Source: a virus (taxonomy: Duplodnaviria > Heunggongvirae > Uroviricota > Caudoviricetes). From it: a DNA stretch of 64,000 nucleotides. Shown piece by piece: positions 35,019-44,037 of the stretch; the first letter of the stretch is position 1, and each line of letters starts with the position of its first letter. The stretch lies in the IMG/VR virus record IMGVR_UViG_3300025858_001097; one strand, 5' to 3'. Below the pieces are notes generated by a model. It did not search any database, was not told the origin of the DNA, and worked only from the letters and a program-made list of their open reading frames with translations. A program made the translations under genes and the position numbers.

Positions 35019-35473
35019 TATTTATTTATCTTAATATACTTACCAATAATAGCTGATTTATCCAACACATGTCCATCAATTTCTTTCAAAAGTTCGGCTT
35101 TAGTATATCCTTCTTTGTTCAAAAAACAATCTAAAGCAAATATCTTAAAGAAATATCTATGAACACCATTTGGAGGGCATGGACCTTTATAATCAAATTG
35201 TTTATAGTCATTTTTTCCAAATAAAATTGGTGGTTGTGAATCTCCTTTTGTAAAGTGTTCATTAAACATAGTTGTAGTTGGTGGAATATTATATACAATC
35301 CAATGTACCCAATCTCCAACTGGAGCGTCGGGATCATCAACTAATAAAGCTAGACTAACAGTCGCTTTTGGAAAACCACTCCATTCTAGCTGAGGTGATA
35401 CATTTACTCCCTCGCAAGTAAATTTGGAAGGAATAAATTCACCATGTCTAAACGCGTTACTTCTTATTTCCAT
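35018..35473 (-). CDS. YbhB/YbcL-family phosphatidylethanolamine-binding (PEBP) protein
   Basis: LVDDPDAPVGDWVHW signature. Confidence 0.8.
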   Translation of the reverse strand: MEIRSNAFRHGEFIPSKFTCEGVNVSPQLEWSGFPKATVSLALLVDDPDAPVGDWVHWIVYNIPPTTTMFNEHFTKGDSQPPILFGKNDYKQFDYKGPCPPNGVHRYFFKIFALDCFLNKEGYTKAELLKEIDGHVLDKSAIIGKYIKINK

Positions 35474-37541
35474 CTTTTTCTTTTAACATTATTTTTAATT
35501 GAGCAAAACAATTAAATGGTACTCCTACAAAATAAAGTGGTTGATCTCCACTCCAATTTAATTGACCGCTCGCGAAATATTTTTGATTTGTTATATTATT
35601 AAAATAGATATTAAAATCTATCCAGTTCCAACTAACACCCAATTTTCCATTTAAAGTGTAATAAGAATCAATAGTTTCGGCTAAATCCGTCCCCAACCAT
35701 TTTGTATATCCGATGATACTTCCATCTTGATATCTACAAGATAAACCTACTACAAACCATTTATATTTATAATGACCTTCTATGTTACCTATCCATTTTG
35801 GAGATAATATTGGTTTATTTATTTGATTATTAGATTGTTTTATACCACAATCATTATACGAACCATTTACACCAATTCCTAAACCAAAATCCCATTTGTA
35901 TTTGAAATCTGCTTCAATTCCTCTTCTATAACTCTGTTTTACGTTATCGTGTAATGGAACTCCACTCATACCTATTTTACCATTTAAAACAATTTCATTA
36001 CTAAAATTCATATGGAAAAAATTGAAATTTATATAAAAATTTTTTTCTACTACACGAATACCAAGTTCATTATCTCGCGATTGTTCGGAATTAAGATTGT
36101 TATAAACAGCGTTACCAAGAGTATCACATGGTAAGTAGTTATACCCATTTAATACATCATTTCTTGATGGTTCACGATTATTTACACCATAACTATAATA
36201 AAACACAGTTCTATTTAAATTGTAATCTATTCCTAAATCATAATTTATAAAATTCCAATGTAAATCTGGCATAACAACATTATAATGAGGAGTAAAGTTC
36301 TCATCATAAGAAACATCGCCTTTATATTTAAAATCTGTATATCTATATTGAACATCGCCAAAAAGATTCAGATCTTTCCAAACATTATATTTAACTTTCA
36401 AATAACTACTTATTTCATTTCTATATCCAGTGTTTGTGTATTGATATCCATAAATATCATTATTCCCTATATGTTCTCTATCATATGTAAAACCGTGAGT
36501 TCCTAAATCGAAATAAAATCCTTTTATATTTTTTGAAAAATTTAAATATCCACCATACCAATTAGATTTAAAAGTATATTTGTCTATACCATAATTAATA
36601 TTATTCTGTAAGAAATTCTGTAAATCAAAAGTATAATAGCCGTGAAGATAATTATAATAAAGAGCATAATTCAATTTCGTTTCTTTATTGAAATTTATTA
36701 TGTGGTGAAATTGAACGTGTGTCTGAGCAAAATTATCTTGTTCTTTGTCTGTCGCACCGTTTGTTTTCCTATCTTCTCGAACTTTTTCCAACGGAACGCC
36801 CAACCACGCTAACTGATTATTTTGGGCTCCTATAAAAGATACTATTTTGAATGTATGTTTTTTTACATTAAAATATGAATTTAAAAATAAACTCTGTCCT
36901 TTATTACTGGAATGATATTTATATCCTTTTGTTTCTATATCTGATAATTGAAAGTAATAACCGCCACGTTTAAAATTTTGATCGACCTCTGCTCCAATAT
37001 TAAAACTATTGAAAGATCCGTATCCAAATTTAGCCGTCGCTTTATCATAAGTAGGGAAATGGGAATCAAAATTTAAACCACCTCCAAAACAAGATGATCC
37101 ATTTTTTGTTAAACTATTACCTCTTTGTATTTGAATCAAATCTAATGAATTAAAGAAATCTGGATAGTTTGAAAAATACAATCCTTGATCTTCGGGCTCA
37201 TTCATTGGCACTCCGTTTAGAGTGAAATTAATACGAGTTTGATCAATTCCTCTCATACGAATATAAGAATATCCATAGGGGCTACCAGCATCAGAATAAG
37301 ATGTGATAGAGGGTGTTGTAATAAGAATATCAGAAGGCTCTTGCCCGTGATATTTAAAATTTATTTCGTTCTTATTTAAATTTGTAAAAGTAATAGGAGT
37401 AAGATGATTCGCCTTGTATGGCGCTGTAATATTAACCTCTTTTAATTCTATCGTGTCCTTACCAATATGATAAATAGTGTCTTGACTATAACCCCCGATA
37501 GCGAAGATAAATAGAATAATAATAAATAATGTTCTTTTCAT
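35457..37541 (-). CDS. TonB-dependent outer-membrane receptor
   Basis: Signal peptide ending GGYSQD; plug-domain motifs (IQIQRGN..., RGIDQTRINFTLNGVPMN); long beta-barrel region; 694 aa. Confidence 0.7.
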   Translation of the reverse strand: MKRTLFIIILFIFAIGGYSQDTIYHIGKDTIELKEVNITAPYKANHLTPITFTNLNKNEINFKYHGQEPSDILITTPSITSYSDAGSPYGYSYIRMRGIDQTRINFTLNGVPMNEPEDQGLYFSNYPDFFNSLDLIQIQRGNSLTKNGSSCFGGGLNFDSHFPTYDKATAKFGYGSFNSFNIGAEVDQNFKRGGYYFQLSDIETKGYKYHSSNKGQSLFLNSYFNVKKHTFKIVSFIGAQNNQLAWLGVPLEKVREDRKTNGATDKEQDNFAQTHVQFHHIINFNKETKLNYALYYNYLHGYYTFDLQNFLQNNINYGIDKYTFKSNWYGGYLNFSKNIKGFYFDLGTHGFTYDREHIGNNDIYGYQYTNTGYRNEISSYLKVKYNVWKDLNLFGDVQYRYTDFKYKGDVSYDENFTPHYNVVMPDLHWNFINYDLGIDYNLNRTVFYYSYGVNNREPSRNDVLNGYNYLPCDTLGNAVYNNLNSEQSRDNELGIRVVEKNFYINFNFFHMNFSNEIVLNGKIGMSGVPLHDNVKQSYRRGIEADFKYKWDFGLGIGVNGSYNDCGIKQSNNQINKPILSPKWIGNIEGHYKYKWFVVGLSCRYQDGSIIGYTKWLGTDLAETIDSYYTLNGKLGVSWNWIDFNIYFNNITNQKYFASGQLNWSGDQPLYFVGVPFNCFAQLKIMLKEKDGNKK

Positions 37542-38056
37542 TTGTGATATTTTTCGTTAAATTTAAAACTCCATTCTGGATTTGGCCTGTATTTAGTGTT
37601 TAGAAAATATTTATATACATATTTCCAATCCTTTTTTGGATTAAATCCAGCCTTGTCTTCCCAAAGAGAATTGAAATATGGTTTTTTGTCATAAAATCCA
37701 AAACTTCCTTTAGCGTCAGAAATTTCTGGATTATCATTCACGTACTTAAAATATATACCATCTTCTTCGAATTGTTTCATATACTTTTCAATCTCGTTTT
37801 TATAAGAAGATGTGAATATAAACAATATCATATCACGGCGGTTCTTTGTAAGATATTGTAAAGTTTCTTTGGCATAAGGATAGTAATTTATTCTAAATTC
37901 ACCTTCACCTTTTTCAGATTTACGATAATCTGGCTCGGATATAACTCCATGAATATCAAAGCAATGATAGGTTTCATACCACTGCCTTTCTTTGGCGTGT
38001 TTAAACATTTTATCCATCCAAACAAGTAAAGATGGTTTATAGCAAGGATTTAGCAT
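37538..38056 (-). CDS. hypothetical protein, weakly HAD / 5'(3')-nucleotidase-like
   Basis: CFDIHGVI resembles HAD motif I (DxDGV) but with His at the second Asp position. Confidence 0.35.
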   Translation of the reverse strand: MLNPCYKPSLLVWMDKMFKHAKERQWYETYHCFDIHGVISEPDYRKSEKGEGEFRINYYPYAKETLQYLTKNRRDMILFIFTSSYKNEIEKYMKQFEEDGIYFKYVNDNPEISDAKGSFGFYDKKPYFNSLWEDKAGFNPKKDWKYVYKYFLNTKYRPNPEWSFKFNEKYHK

Positions 38057-38193
38057 ATAAATATTTTTTTATATAACTTTTTTATTTTTAAGCCATATAA
38101 TTCGAACAAAATTAAATATTTTTTTATTAATAAAAAAATTTTGTAACCGATAAGAAAAATTAGCGTCTAATCTAGAAAATAAAAACATAAAAT

Positions 38194-38487
38194 ATGAACA
38201 GATTGTATAGAGCATCTAAAGATCGCATTTTCGGTGGAGTTTGCGGAGGAATTGGGAAGTATTTCGATATTGATCCAGTTATTATAAGACTTATTTGGCT
38301 ATTGTTTGCCCTTTGTGCTGGCTTTGCTATTTTCATTTATATTATAGCATGGATAATAATTCCAAATGAACCTTTGGAAATAAAACCAGAAAAACCTATT
38401 AAAGAAAAGGAAGTTAAAGAAGACCCAATAGAAGAGCAGACCTTTGAAAAGCCAAGAGCTAGAAAAAAGGGAAATAATACAAAATAA
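38194..38487 (+). CDS. PspC-domain membrane protein
   Basis: LYRASKDRIFGGVCGGIGKYFDIDPVIIRL followed by a TM helix is the classic PspC domain. Confidence 0.7.
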   Translation: MNRLYRASKDRIFGGVCGGIGKYFDIDPVIIRLIWLLFALCAGFAIFIYIIAWIIIPNEPLEIKPEKPIKEKEVKEDPIEEQTFEKPRARKKGNNTK

Positions 38488-38496
38488 TTCTTCTGT

Positions 38497-39951
38497 TTAA
38501 GCTGCAGGCGTAGCTGGTGCTGGAGGTTGATCTTCTTTAAATCCGTAAGTCACCTCAGTCTTCGTTTTACCAGGAGTTTTACCTGGCACTTTCTTAGAAT
38601 CTATAGCATATAAAAGATCTATGTCATAGTAATCCTCACCAACTTTACCTATAGTTTTATTTAACTCAAATCTGTGTGTGACATCAGGAGGTGTTCGTTT
38701 ATTCTTATCGTGATAAACATCAACAGCATATTTTTTCCAAATCCATGTATTTAAAGGTTTTGAGAAAACCGAATCTTCTTTAGCATACCATTTCTTTGTA
38801 TATTCACACCAAACGATGTGTGGGGATCGTGGGAAAGCATATTCATTATTGTAAGAAAGTCTTATCACGTCTTCTGTGGCACAATAAGCATTATCATACC
38901 TACACCAAGTAGCTCTACTTTCGGGAATATCTTCATCGTTATAACCATCGTGAACAATTGGATCATAATCATCGTCGTCTCTCCATTGTTCATAATGCCC
39001 TTCGGTGTCAGTTAAAGTATAATATTCTCCCTCAAGATCATCGACACTCGATAGTTTCTTTTGTTCATGATAAAAATATCTTAAAGTATCCACATAAGGA
39101 AATAAATCAAAGTTCGTATTTTCTAAAATAACTTCCATCTCAATATCCTGAGATCCTTTACCAGGAACAATTATATAAGTTCCACCATATTTTTGTTCGT
39201 CTTTACAATACCATCCTTCACGTTTAGCATAATTGGTGAATAATATTTCATCTTCGTCTTTATTAGTATAAACTCTATCCATAAAAATAGCTCCTTCCGG
39301 TTTTGATAATTTCCAAACTAACGCTCTTCCTCTAATCTTATTACCATCGCTATTTTTAAGTATGAACAATTTACATTGTTTTGGATTGTTTCTATAGATG
39401 TTTAAAAATCTTCCACAATCCTCGTGTGACATACAAGAAGCTCCCATAGTACCGCGTAGACTATCATAATTTCTTGCATCATACCAATAAACAATGTTGT
39501 CTCCATCAACCAATTCAAAATTACCAGATTCTTCAGTTTCTTTTACTATGGTTTTAAACTTCTTCACGAACTTTTGGACAGAATCCTCACTAAATTTTGG
39601 AAGATTTTGAATGATGAATCTTCCAATTTTTTGAGTAGTTCTCATTTTAGAAGTCCAAAATTCTTCCTTGGGCTTACCTTCTTTTTTGAGTCTTTCTATT
39701 CTAGAAGATTGTAAAAAAGAAACACTCTCACCGTCATCTTCTACATCAACGTAAGAGAAATCAAAGAGACGATCGACTTCTTCGAGTTCTAAAATACGTT
39801 TTGATATATTACTTTGTTTTATGTTCTGAATAGAAATTAAAACATCTTTAAATCTATCAGATAATATCATTTTTTGATCGGGCTGCTTTACTTTTTTCTC
39901 TCCTTTTTCGGCAGCTTCTTTCAAATAATCAAAATATTTATTAATACTCAT
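38497..39951 (-). CDS. paralogous family member A (uncharacterised; SCM(R/S), NPK/NPDK, GRAL.W, FMDRVY and YPYVDTL motifs)
   Basis: Conserved blocks shared with 41792, 43036, 44038, 55024 and 56098. Confidence 0.6.
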   Translation of the reverse strand: MSINKYFDYLKEAAEKGEKKVKQPDQKMILSDRFKDVLISIQNIKQSNISKRILELEEVDRLFDFSYVDVEDDGESVSFLQSSRIERLKKEGKPKEEFWTSKMRTTQKIGRFIIQNLPKFSEDSVQKFVKKFKTIVKETEESGNFELVDGDNIVYWYDARNYDSLRGTMGASCMSHEDCGRFLNIYRNNPKQCKLFILKNSDGNKIRGRALVWKLSKPEGAIFMDRVYTNKDEDEILFTNYAKREGWYCKDEQKYGGTYIIVPGKGSQDIEMEVILENTNFDLFPYVDTLRYFYHEQKKLSSVDDLEGEYYTLTDTEGHYEQWRDDDDYDPIVHDGYNDEDIPESRATWCRYDNAYCATEDVIRLSYNNEYAFPRSPHIVWCEYTKKWYAKEDSVFSKPLNTWIWKKYAVDVYHDKNKRTPPDVTHRFELNKTIGKVGEDYYDIDLLYAIDSKKVPGKTPGKTKTEVTYGFKEDQPPAPATPAA

Positions 39952-39970
39952 TTTCTATACAAAATATTTT

Positions 39971-41467
39971 TTAGAATTTCATGTCACCGACATCAACTCT
40001 TATGTCTTTTTCTCCTTTATTCTTAAATGAAATTTTAATGATCAGTTTGTCTGGTCGAATTCCAATAATTTTTCCTTCACCAAAAATGGGGTGGAAAATT
40101 ACTAATCCTTCTTTCAAATCTTTTTCTGTGAGTTTCCTACTACCACCGGATTCAGATTTTTTCTTAAAATCGTACTTTGAGAATTTATCTGGTGGAAGAA
40201 TGAATTTGCTATTCATAGTGGTTGTTATAATCACTTTTGGATGAGGTCCTTCATTATCCACTTCTGTTATTGTTCCAAAAAGTTCACCTGTTTTACTATA
40301 AATTTCCATATCCTTTTTGGCTTCATCGAAAGTAACAGGACTCATTCCCTTACTATCAACAACTTCTTCTCTCTTAACTTTCGTAGGATCAAAATCTGGT
40401 GTTGTGTAGAATCCTACGTAATCAACCCAAATAGCGTCTTTCTTTAGACACCATTGTTTGTCGTGTTCGCACCATTGAGCATCGGCCACCTTAACGGTAT
40501 TTCCGAGATAGTCTTTGACCTCTGTTTGACCCGGTGCTAATTGTCCTGGTCCTGTTGTTGTAGATCTTGCGGATGTAGTTTGTCCGTAACCTCCGCCTTC
40601 CCACCAACGATCATCACGTTCCCAATCTGAATAATATTTACCACGACGTGAGTAAGAATATTGATGCTCAACTTTAGTTGGATCTCTTTTCACTGGAAGA
40701 GTTTCCCAATCTACTTTACAACAAGCTTCTGCTAACTTTTCCAAAAAAACTATATTTTGTTTTTCGCGAACTGAGTGTTGATCATCATAACCAACACTAA
40801 GATTTGTACACTCGGGGAATTTTTCAGCAACTTGATGTGAATCTGTTACAGCTCCTGTTGGATCTTGTTTATATTTAAATCCACCAGCTTCATTTAACCT
40901 TTTAGCTAATTCATCTGCAAATTCAGCCGAACAACATCTTTCACCCATTTGGAAAGTAATAACACTATCATAATCTCTACGGTCTAATGAAATTACTTTA
41001 TTTATTTTTTTATATAATTCGTCATCTTTATTGCTACCCAAATATGTATTTAGAGCTCTAGATCCAACGCAACCATGTTCTTCACCATGAAAGAAATAAT
41101 AAAGACCTTGAATACCTTTCCCTATCATATATATCATAATAGTAGCGCCAGCTTTATCGTCCGCACCAAGTAGGGTTTTTCCGTCTGTTTCGATGTAATC
41201 TCCTTTGATGACATGCTTAACTTCTTTTGGTTGTCCGCTGTCTGCTGTATCCATATGGCAAGCAAACATAACGGTAGGATCTCCAATTTTGAAATAATAA
41301 TTTCCATTGGCATCCTTTTTCCACCCGCTAGGCAAATAAGGTTCTATCAACTTTTCGTTGCCTCCTGGCATTGTGGTACTTGTTAATTTTAAAAATAGGT
41401 CTTTGATTGTGGACATTTTATTTATGCTTATTTTTTTATCTTCTTTATTTTCAACAAAATCTTTCAT
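39971..41467 (-). CDS. M20-like (peptidase T-like) zinc metallopeptidase / amidohydrolase, paralogue 1, with a C-terminal extension
   Basis: FACHMDTA (HxD), LGADDKAG and HGEEHG (EE) motifs of M20/M28 dizinc hydrolases; about 50% identity with 45585..46733 over the catalytic region. Confidence 0.55.
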   Translation of the reverse strand: MKDFVENKEDKKISINKMSTIKDLFLKLTSTTMPGGNEKLIEPYLPSGWKKDANGNYYFKIGDPTVMFACHMDTADSGQPKEVKHVIKGDYIETDGKTLLGADDKAGATIMIYMIGKGIQGLYYFFHGEEHGCVGSRALNTYLGSNKDDELYKKINKVISLDRRDYDSVITFQMGERCCSAEFADELAKRLNEAGGFKYKQDPTGAVTDSHQVAEKFPECTNLSVGYDDQHSVREKQNIVFLEKLAEACCKVDWETLPVKRDPTKVEHQYSYSRRGKYYSDWERDDRWWEGGGYGQTTSARSTTTGPGQLAPGQTEVKDYLGNTVKVADAQWCEHDKQWCLKKDAIWVDYVGFYTTPDFDPTKVKREEVVDSKGMSPVTFDEAKKDMEIYSKTGELFGTITEVDNEGPHPKVIITTTMNSKFILPPDKFSKYDFKKKSESGGSRKLTEKDLKEGLVIFHPIFGEGKIIGIRPDKLIIKISFKNKGEKDIRVDVGDMKF

Positions 41468-41531
41468 TTTAGTAGATAATTTTGTTGTTGGTTCTTTCTT
41501 TTTATATCGCGTTTCCTTTTCCTCTTCTTCT

Positions 41532-41762
41532 TCAATTTCTTTGGTACATTTGATTTCTATACGGCGTGAAATCTTTATCTGATAAAAAATTTTCTACTCT
41601 TTTGTTCGATTCACTTTTACCGCCTAATTTATATTCGTCATCTAAAACTCTGCTTAAAAATTTAGCAACTTCTTTTGCACTGGAATTTAACAATTGTTTT
41701 TTGAGTTCCCCCAATTCACTTTCAGATAGATCTCCTACTTTAGTTTTTGACAAATCGAACAT
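41532..41762 (-). CDS. hypothetical protein (76 aa)
   Basis: ORF track; promoter-like box at 41785-41796 overlapping the stop of the upstream gene. Confidence 0.45.
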   Translation of the reverse strand: MFDLSKTKVGDLSESELGELKKQLLNSSAKEVAKFLSRVLDDEYKLGGKSESNKRVENFLSDKDFTPYRNQMYQRN

Positions 41763-41791
41763 TTATATTCTATTATTTTTTATTCTATATA

Positions 41792-43009
41792 TTAAAAATT
41801 TTTTTTGAGTATGTACTCACCAGTTTCTTCGTCTTTCATCATATCGTCTTTCAAATATATTTTTGAACCCAATCTGACAAATTCGTGTTCGGGTGTTACA
41901 TAATCATCTCTATATTTTAATGGAACAGCATCATTTTTGTGTACATAGACATTATCATATTCCGACCAAATCAGAAAATCACGATAAACCATTCTACCCA
42001 AATAATCTATTCCGAAATTATAATTACTATCTACTAGTGGTTCTCCGTTAGCCATAACCAAAGCTAACCAACCAGTTTTATTAAATTTTTCAACGTCACT
42101 TGTAAGAATCGCTTCTTCTGGATTATAAAATTGTAAAGTATCTACATATGGATAATGTTCGTGATTAATTTTATTCAGATTTACTGTCATTATAATTTTT
42201 TCTTCTTTCCCTTTATTCACAACTGGAATAACACTTCCTCCATACATTTGTTTACTTTTATAAATATAATCATTTCTTATTGCATAATCTATAAAAAGTT
42301 TAATTTGCCAATCATAAGTGGTGTATATCCTATCCATAAAAATTCTTCCAGCCGGCTCATCCAGATACCATAAATTGGCTCTTCCGTATATCTTATCTTC
42401 ATTTGGATCTTTCAGTATTAACATTTTCATTTTATCGGGATTCTTCTCGTATAAAGAAAAGAATATTTTAGAATCATCATATCTCATACAAGATCTCTGT
42501 AGTTGACCCGTGGCTTCCCCACTATACATTCTCCCACTATAATATTTAATAATTTCTTTTCCTTCAATTACAGAAAAATTTTCTACCTCACCTTTTAAAG
42601 CTACTTTATAATTCTTTATAAATTCTTCTATTTGCTGTTGAGTGAATTTATTTCCAAAAATTCTAGTTATAAACCTAGACAATCTCTGTTTTTGACGATA
42701 ATGCACCCAGCAATAATTTATACCTTCTTGATCTTTTCCTATAGATTTATATTTATCTAATATTTGTTTTGCTTTATTTGATGCTGTATAAGAAACAAAA
42801 TCATCCTTTTCTTCTTCCACATCCACAAAAGAAATATCATATTTTTTATTATCATATTGAATATTCATTAGTTCATCTAGAATGGGATCTTCTGGCATAT
42901 CGGCCAAAACTTCCTTAAAAGTGTGAGAAAAAATCATGGGTAGATTATTCTCATCTTTCGATTCATTCAAAAATGATTTAAAACCGTATAATATCATTAA
43001 TAAAATCAA
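41792..43009 (-). CDS. paralogous family member B
   Basis: RSCMRY, NPDKMKMLIL, YGRANLWYLDEP, FMDRIY and YPYVDTL blocks. Confidence 0.6.
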   Translation of the reverse strand: MILLMILYGFKSFLNESKDENNLPMIFSHTFKEVLADMPEDPILDELMNIQYDNKKYDISFVDVEEEKDDFVSYTASNKAKQILDKYKSIGKDQEGINYCWVHYRQKQRLSRFITRIFGNKFTQQQIEEFIKNYKVALKGEVENFSVIEGKEIIKYYSGRMYSGEATGQLQRSCMRYDDSKIFFSLYEKNPDKMKMLILKDPNEDKIYGRANLWYLDEPAGRIFMDRIYTTYDWQIKLFIDYAIRNDYIYKSKQMYGGSVIPVVNKGKEEKIIMTVNLNKINHEHYPYVDTLQFYNPEEAILTSDVEKFNKTGWLALVMANGEPLVDSNYNFGIDYLGRMVYRDFLIWSEYDNVYVHKNDAVPLKYRDDYVTPEHEFVRLGSKIYLKDDMMKDEETGEYILKKNF

Positions 43010-43021
43010 TTATTTTCTGTT

Positions 43022-43037
43022 TCTATATATAAAATTT
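43022..43037 (-). promoter_or_regulatory. promoter-like box upstream of family member B, overlapping the stop of member C
   Basis: tctatatataaaattt. Confidence 0.4.
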
Positions 43038-43992
43038 AAAATTCAAAATCACTTCTTAATTCATAACTGCCTGTATGATCACAAAGATCGTAAAATTGTT
43101 TACATCCTATGCTTTTTAAGAATCTCGGATCGTTTGTCAAACTGCCACTTTTTGGATCATAGAAACCTAGATTGTCAACAAAAGGATAAAATTCATAATC
43201 TTTTGGGTTTATTTTTACAACCATAGTTTCTTTGATAATTTTATTATTAGATACAACTTGCAATACGTTATCCATACTCTCGAGTTTATACAGCCAATTA
43301 TTTTTTATTGCGAAATTTATAAACATATTTAGTATGAAGTCATCAGAGAAATATACTCTATCCATGAATGTTTTGTCGGGTCGATCCAAATTCCATAATA
43401 AAGCTCTACCAAGAATTTTCTGTTTATCATCATCCAATAAAATTAATAATTTGATTTTATCTGGATTTTCTGCGTAGATATTTAAAAAAGCTTGACAAAA
43501 TCTATATCTCATACAAGAATTTTTGAGATTTCCACCACCAACAGCATAATTTTCTTGACGATACCAATTCTTTATTTCATCTCCGATTACAGTTTTAAAA
43601 TTTCTGTTTAAATGTTTTGCTTTTATAATAGATTTATATTTATTTATAAAATTCTCTATTTCTTGCGGTTGAACTTTATCACCAACCAATCTAACAATCA
43701 ATCTTCCGATTCTTATTTCAATTCTTTGGGGATTGGACCAGCATTCTGATTCAATATCAGTCACTTTATCTTCTATCATTTTATTTACTTTATCGCCAGT
43801 GATAAAAGTGACAGTATCTTCTTTTTCTGTTCTATCTATGAATGTTTCTTTTGATAAAAATCTTTGAGTCGCCAATTTAAATAGTTCTCTTGATACATTA
43901 TCGTCTATTCTATTTAAAATTTTAGAAATTCTCTTAGACAAAACGAGTGGAAACAAGTCTGGATTTGAGATGTTGTACTTATCAAAGTTCAT
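43036..43992 (-). CDS. paralogous family member C
   Basis: NSCMRY, NPDKIKLLIL, GRALLWNL, FMDRVY and YPFVDNL blocks. Confidence 0.6.
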   Translation of the reverse strand: MNFDKYNISNPDLFPLVLSKRISKILNRIDDNVSRELFKLATQRFLSKETFIDRTEKEDTVTFITGDKVNKMIEDKVTDIESECWSNPQRIEIRIGRLIVRLVGDKVQPQEIENFINKYKSIIKAKHLNRNFKTVIGDEIKNWYRQENYAVGGGNLKNSCMRYRFCQAFLNIYAENPDKIKLLILLDDDKQKILGRALLWNLDRPDKTFMDRVYFSDDFILNMFINFAIKNNWLYKLESMDNVLQVVSNNKIIKETMVVKINPKDYEFYPFVDNLGFYDPKSGSLTNDPRFLKSIGCKQFYDLCDHTGSYELRSDFEF

Positions 43993-44037
43993 TTCAAATA
44001 ATCATTTTCGCGTATATATTTTATTTTGTATCTGGTT

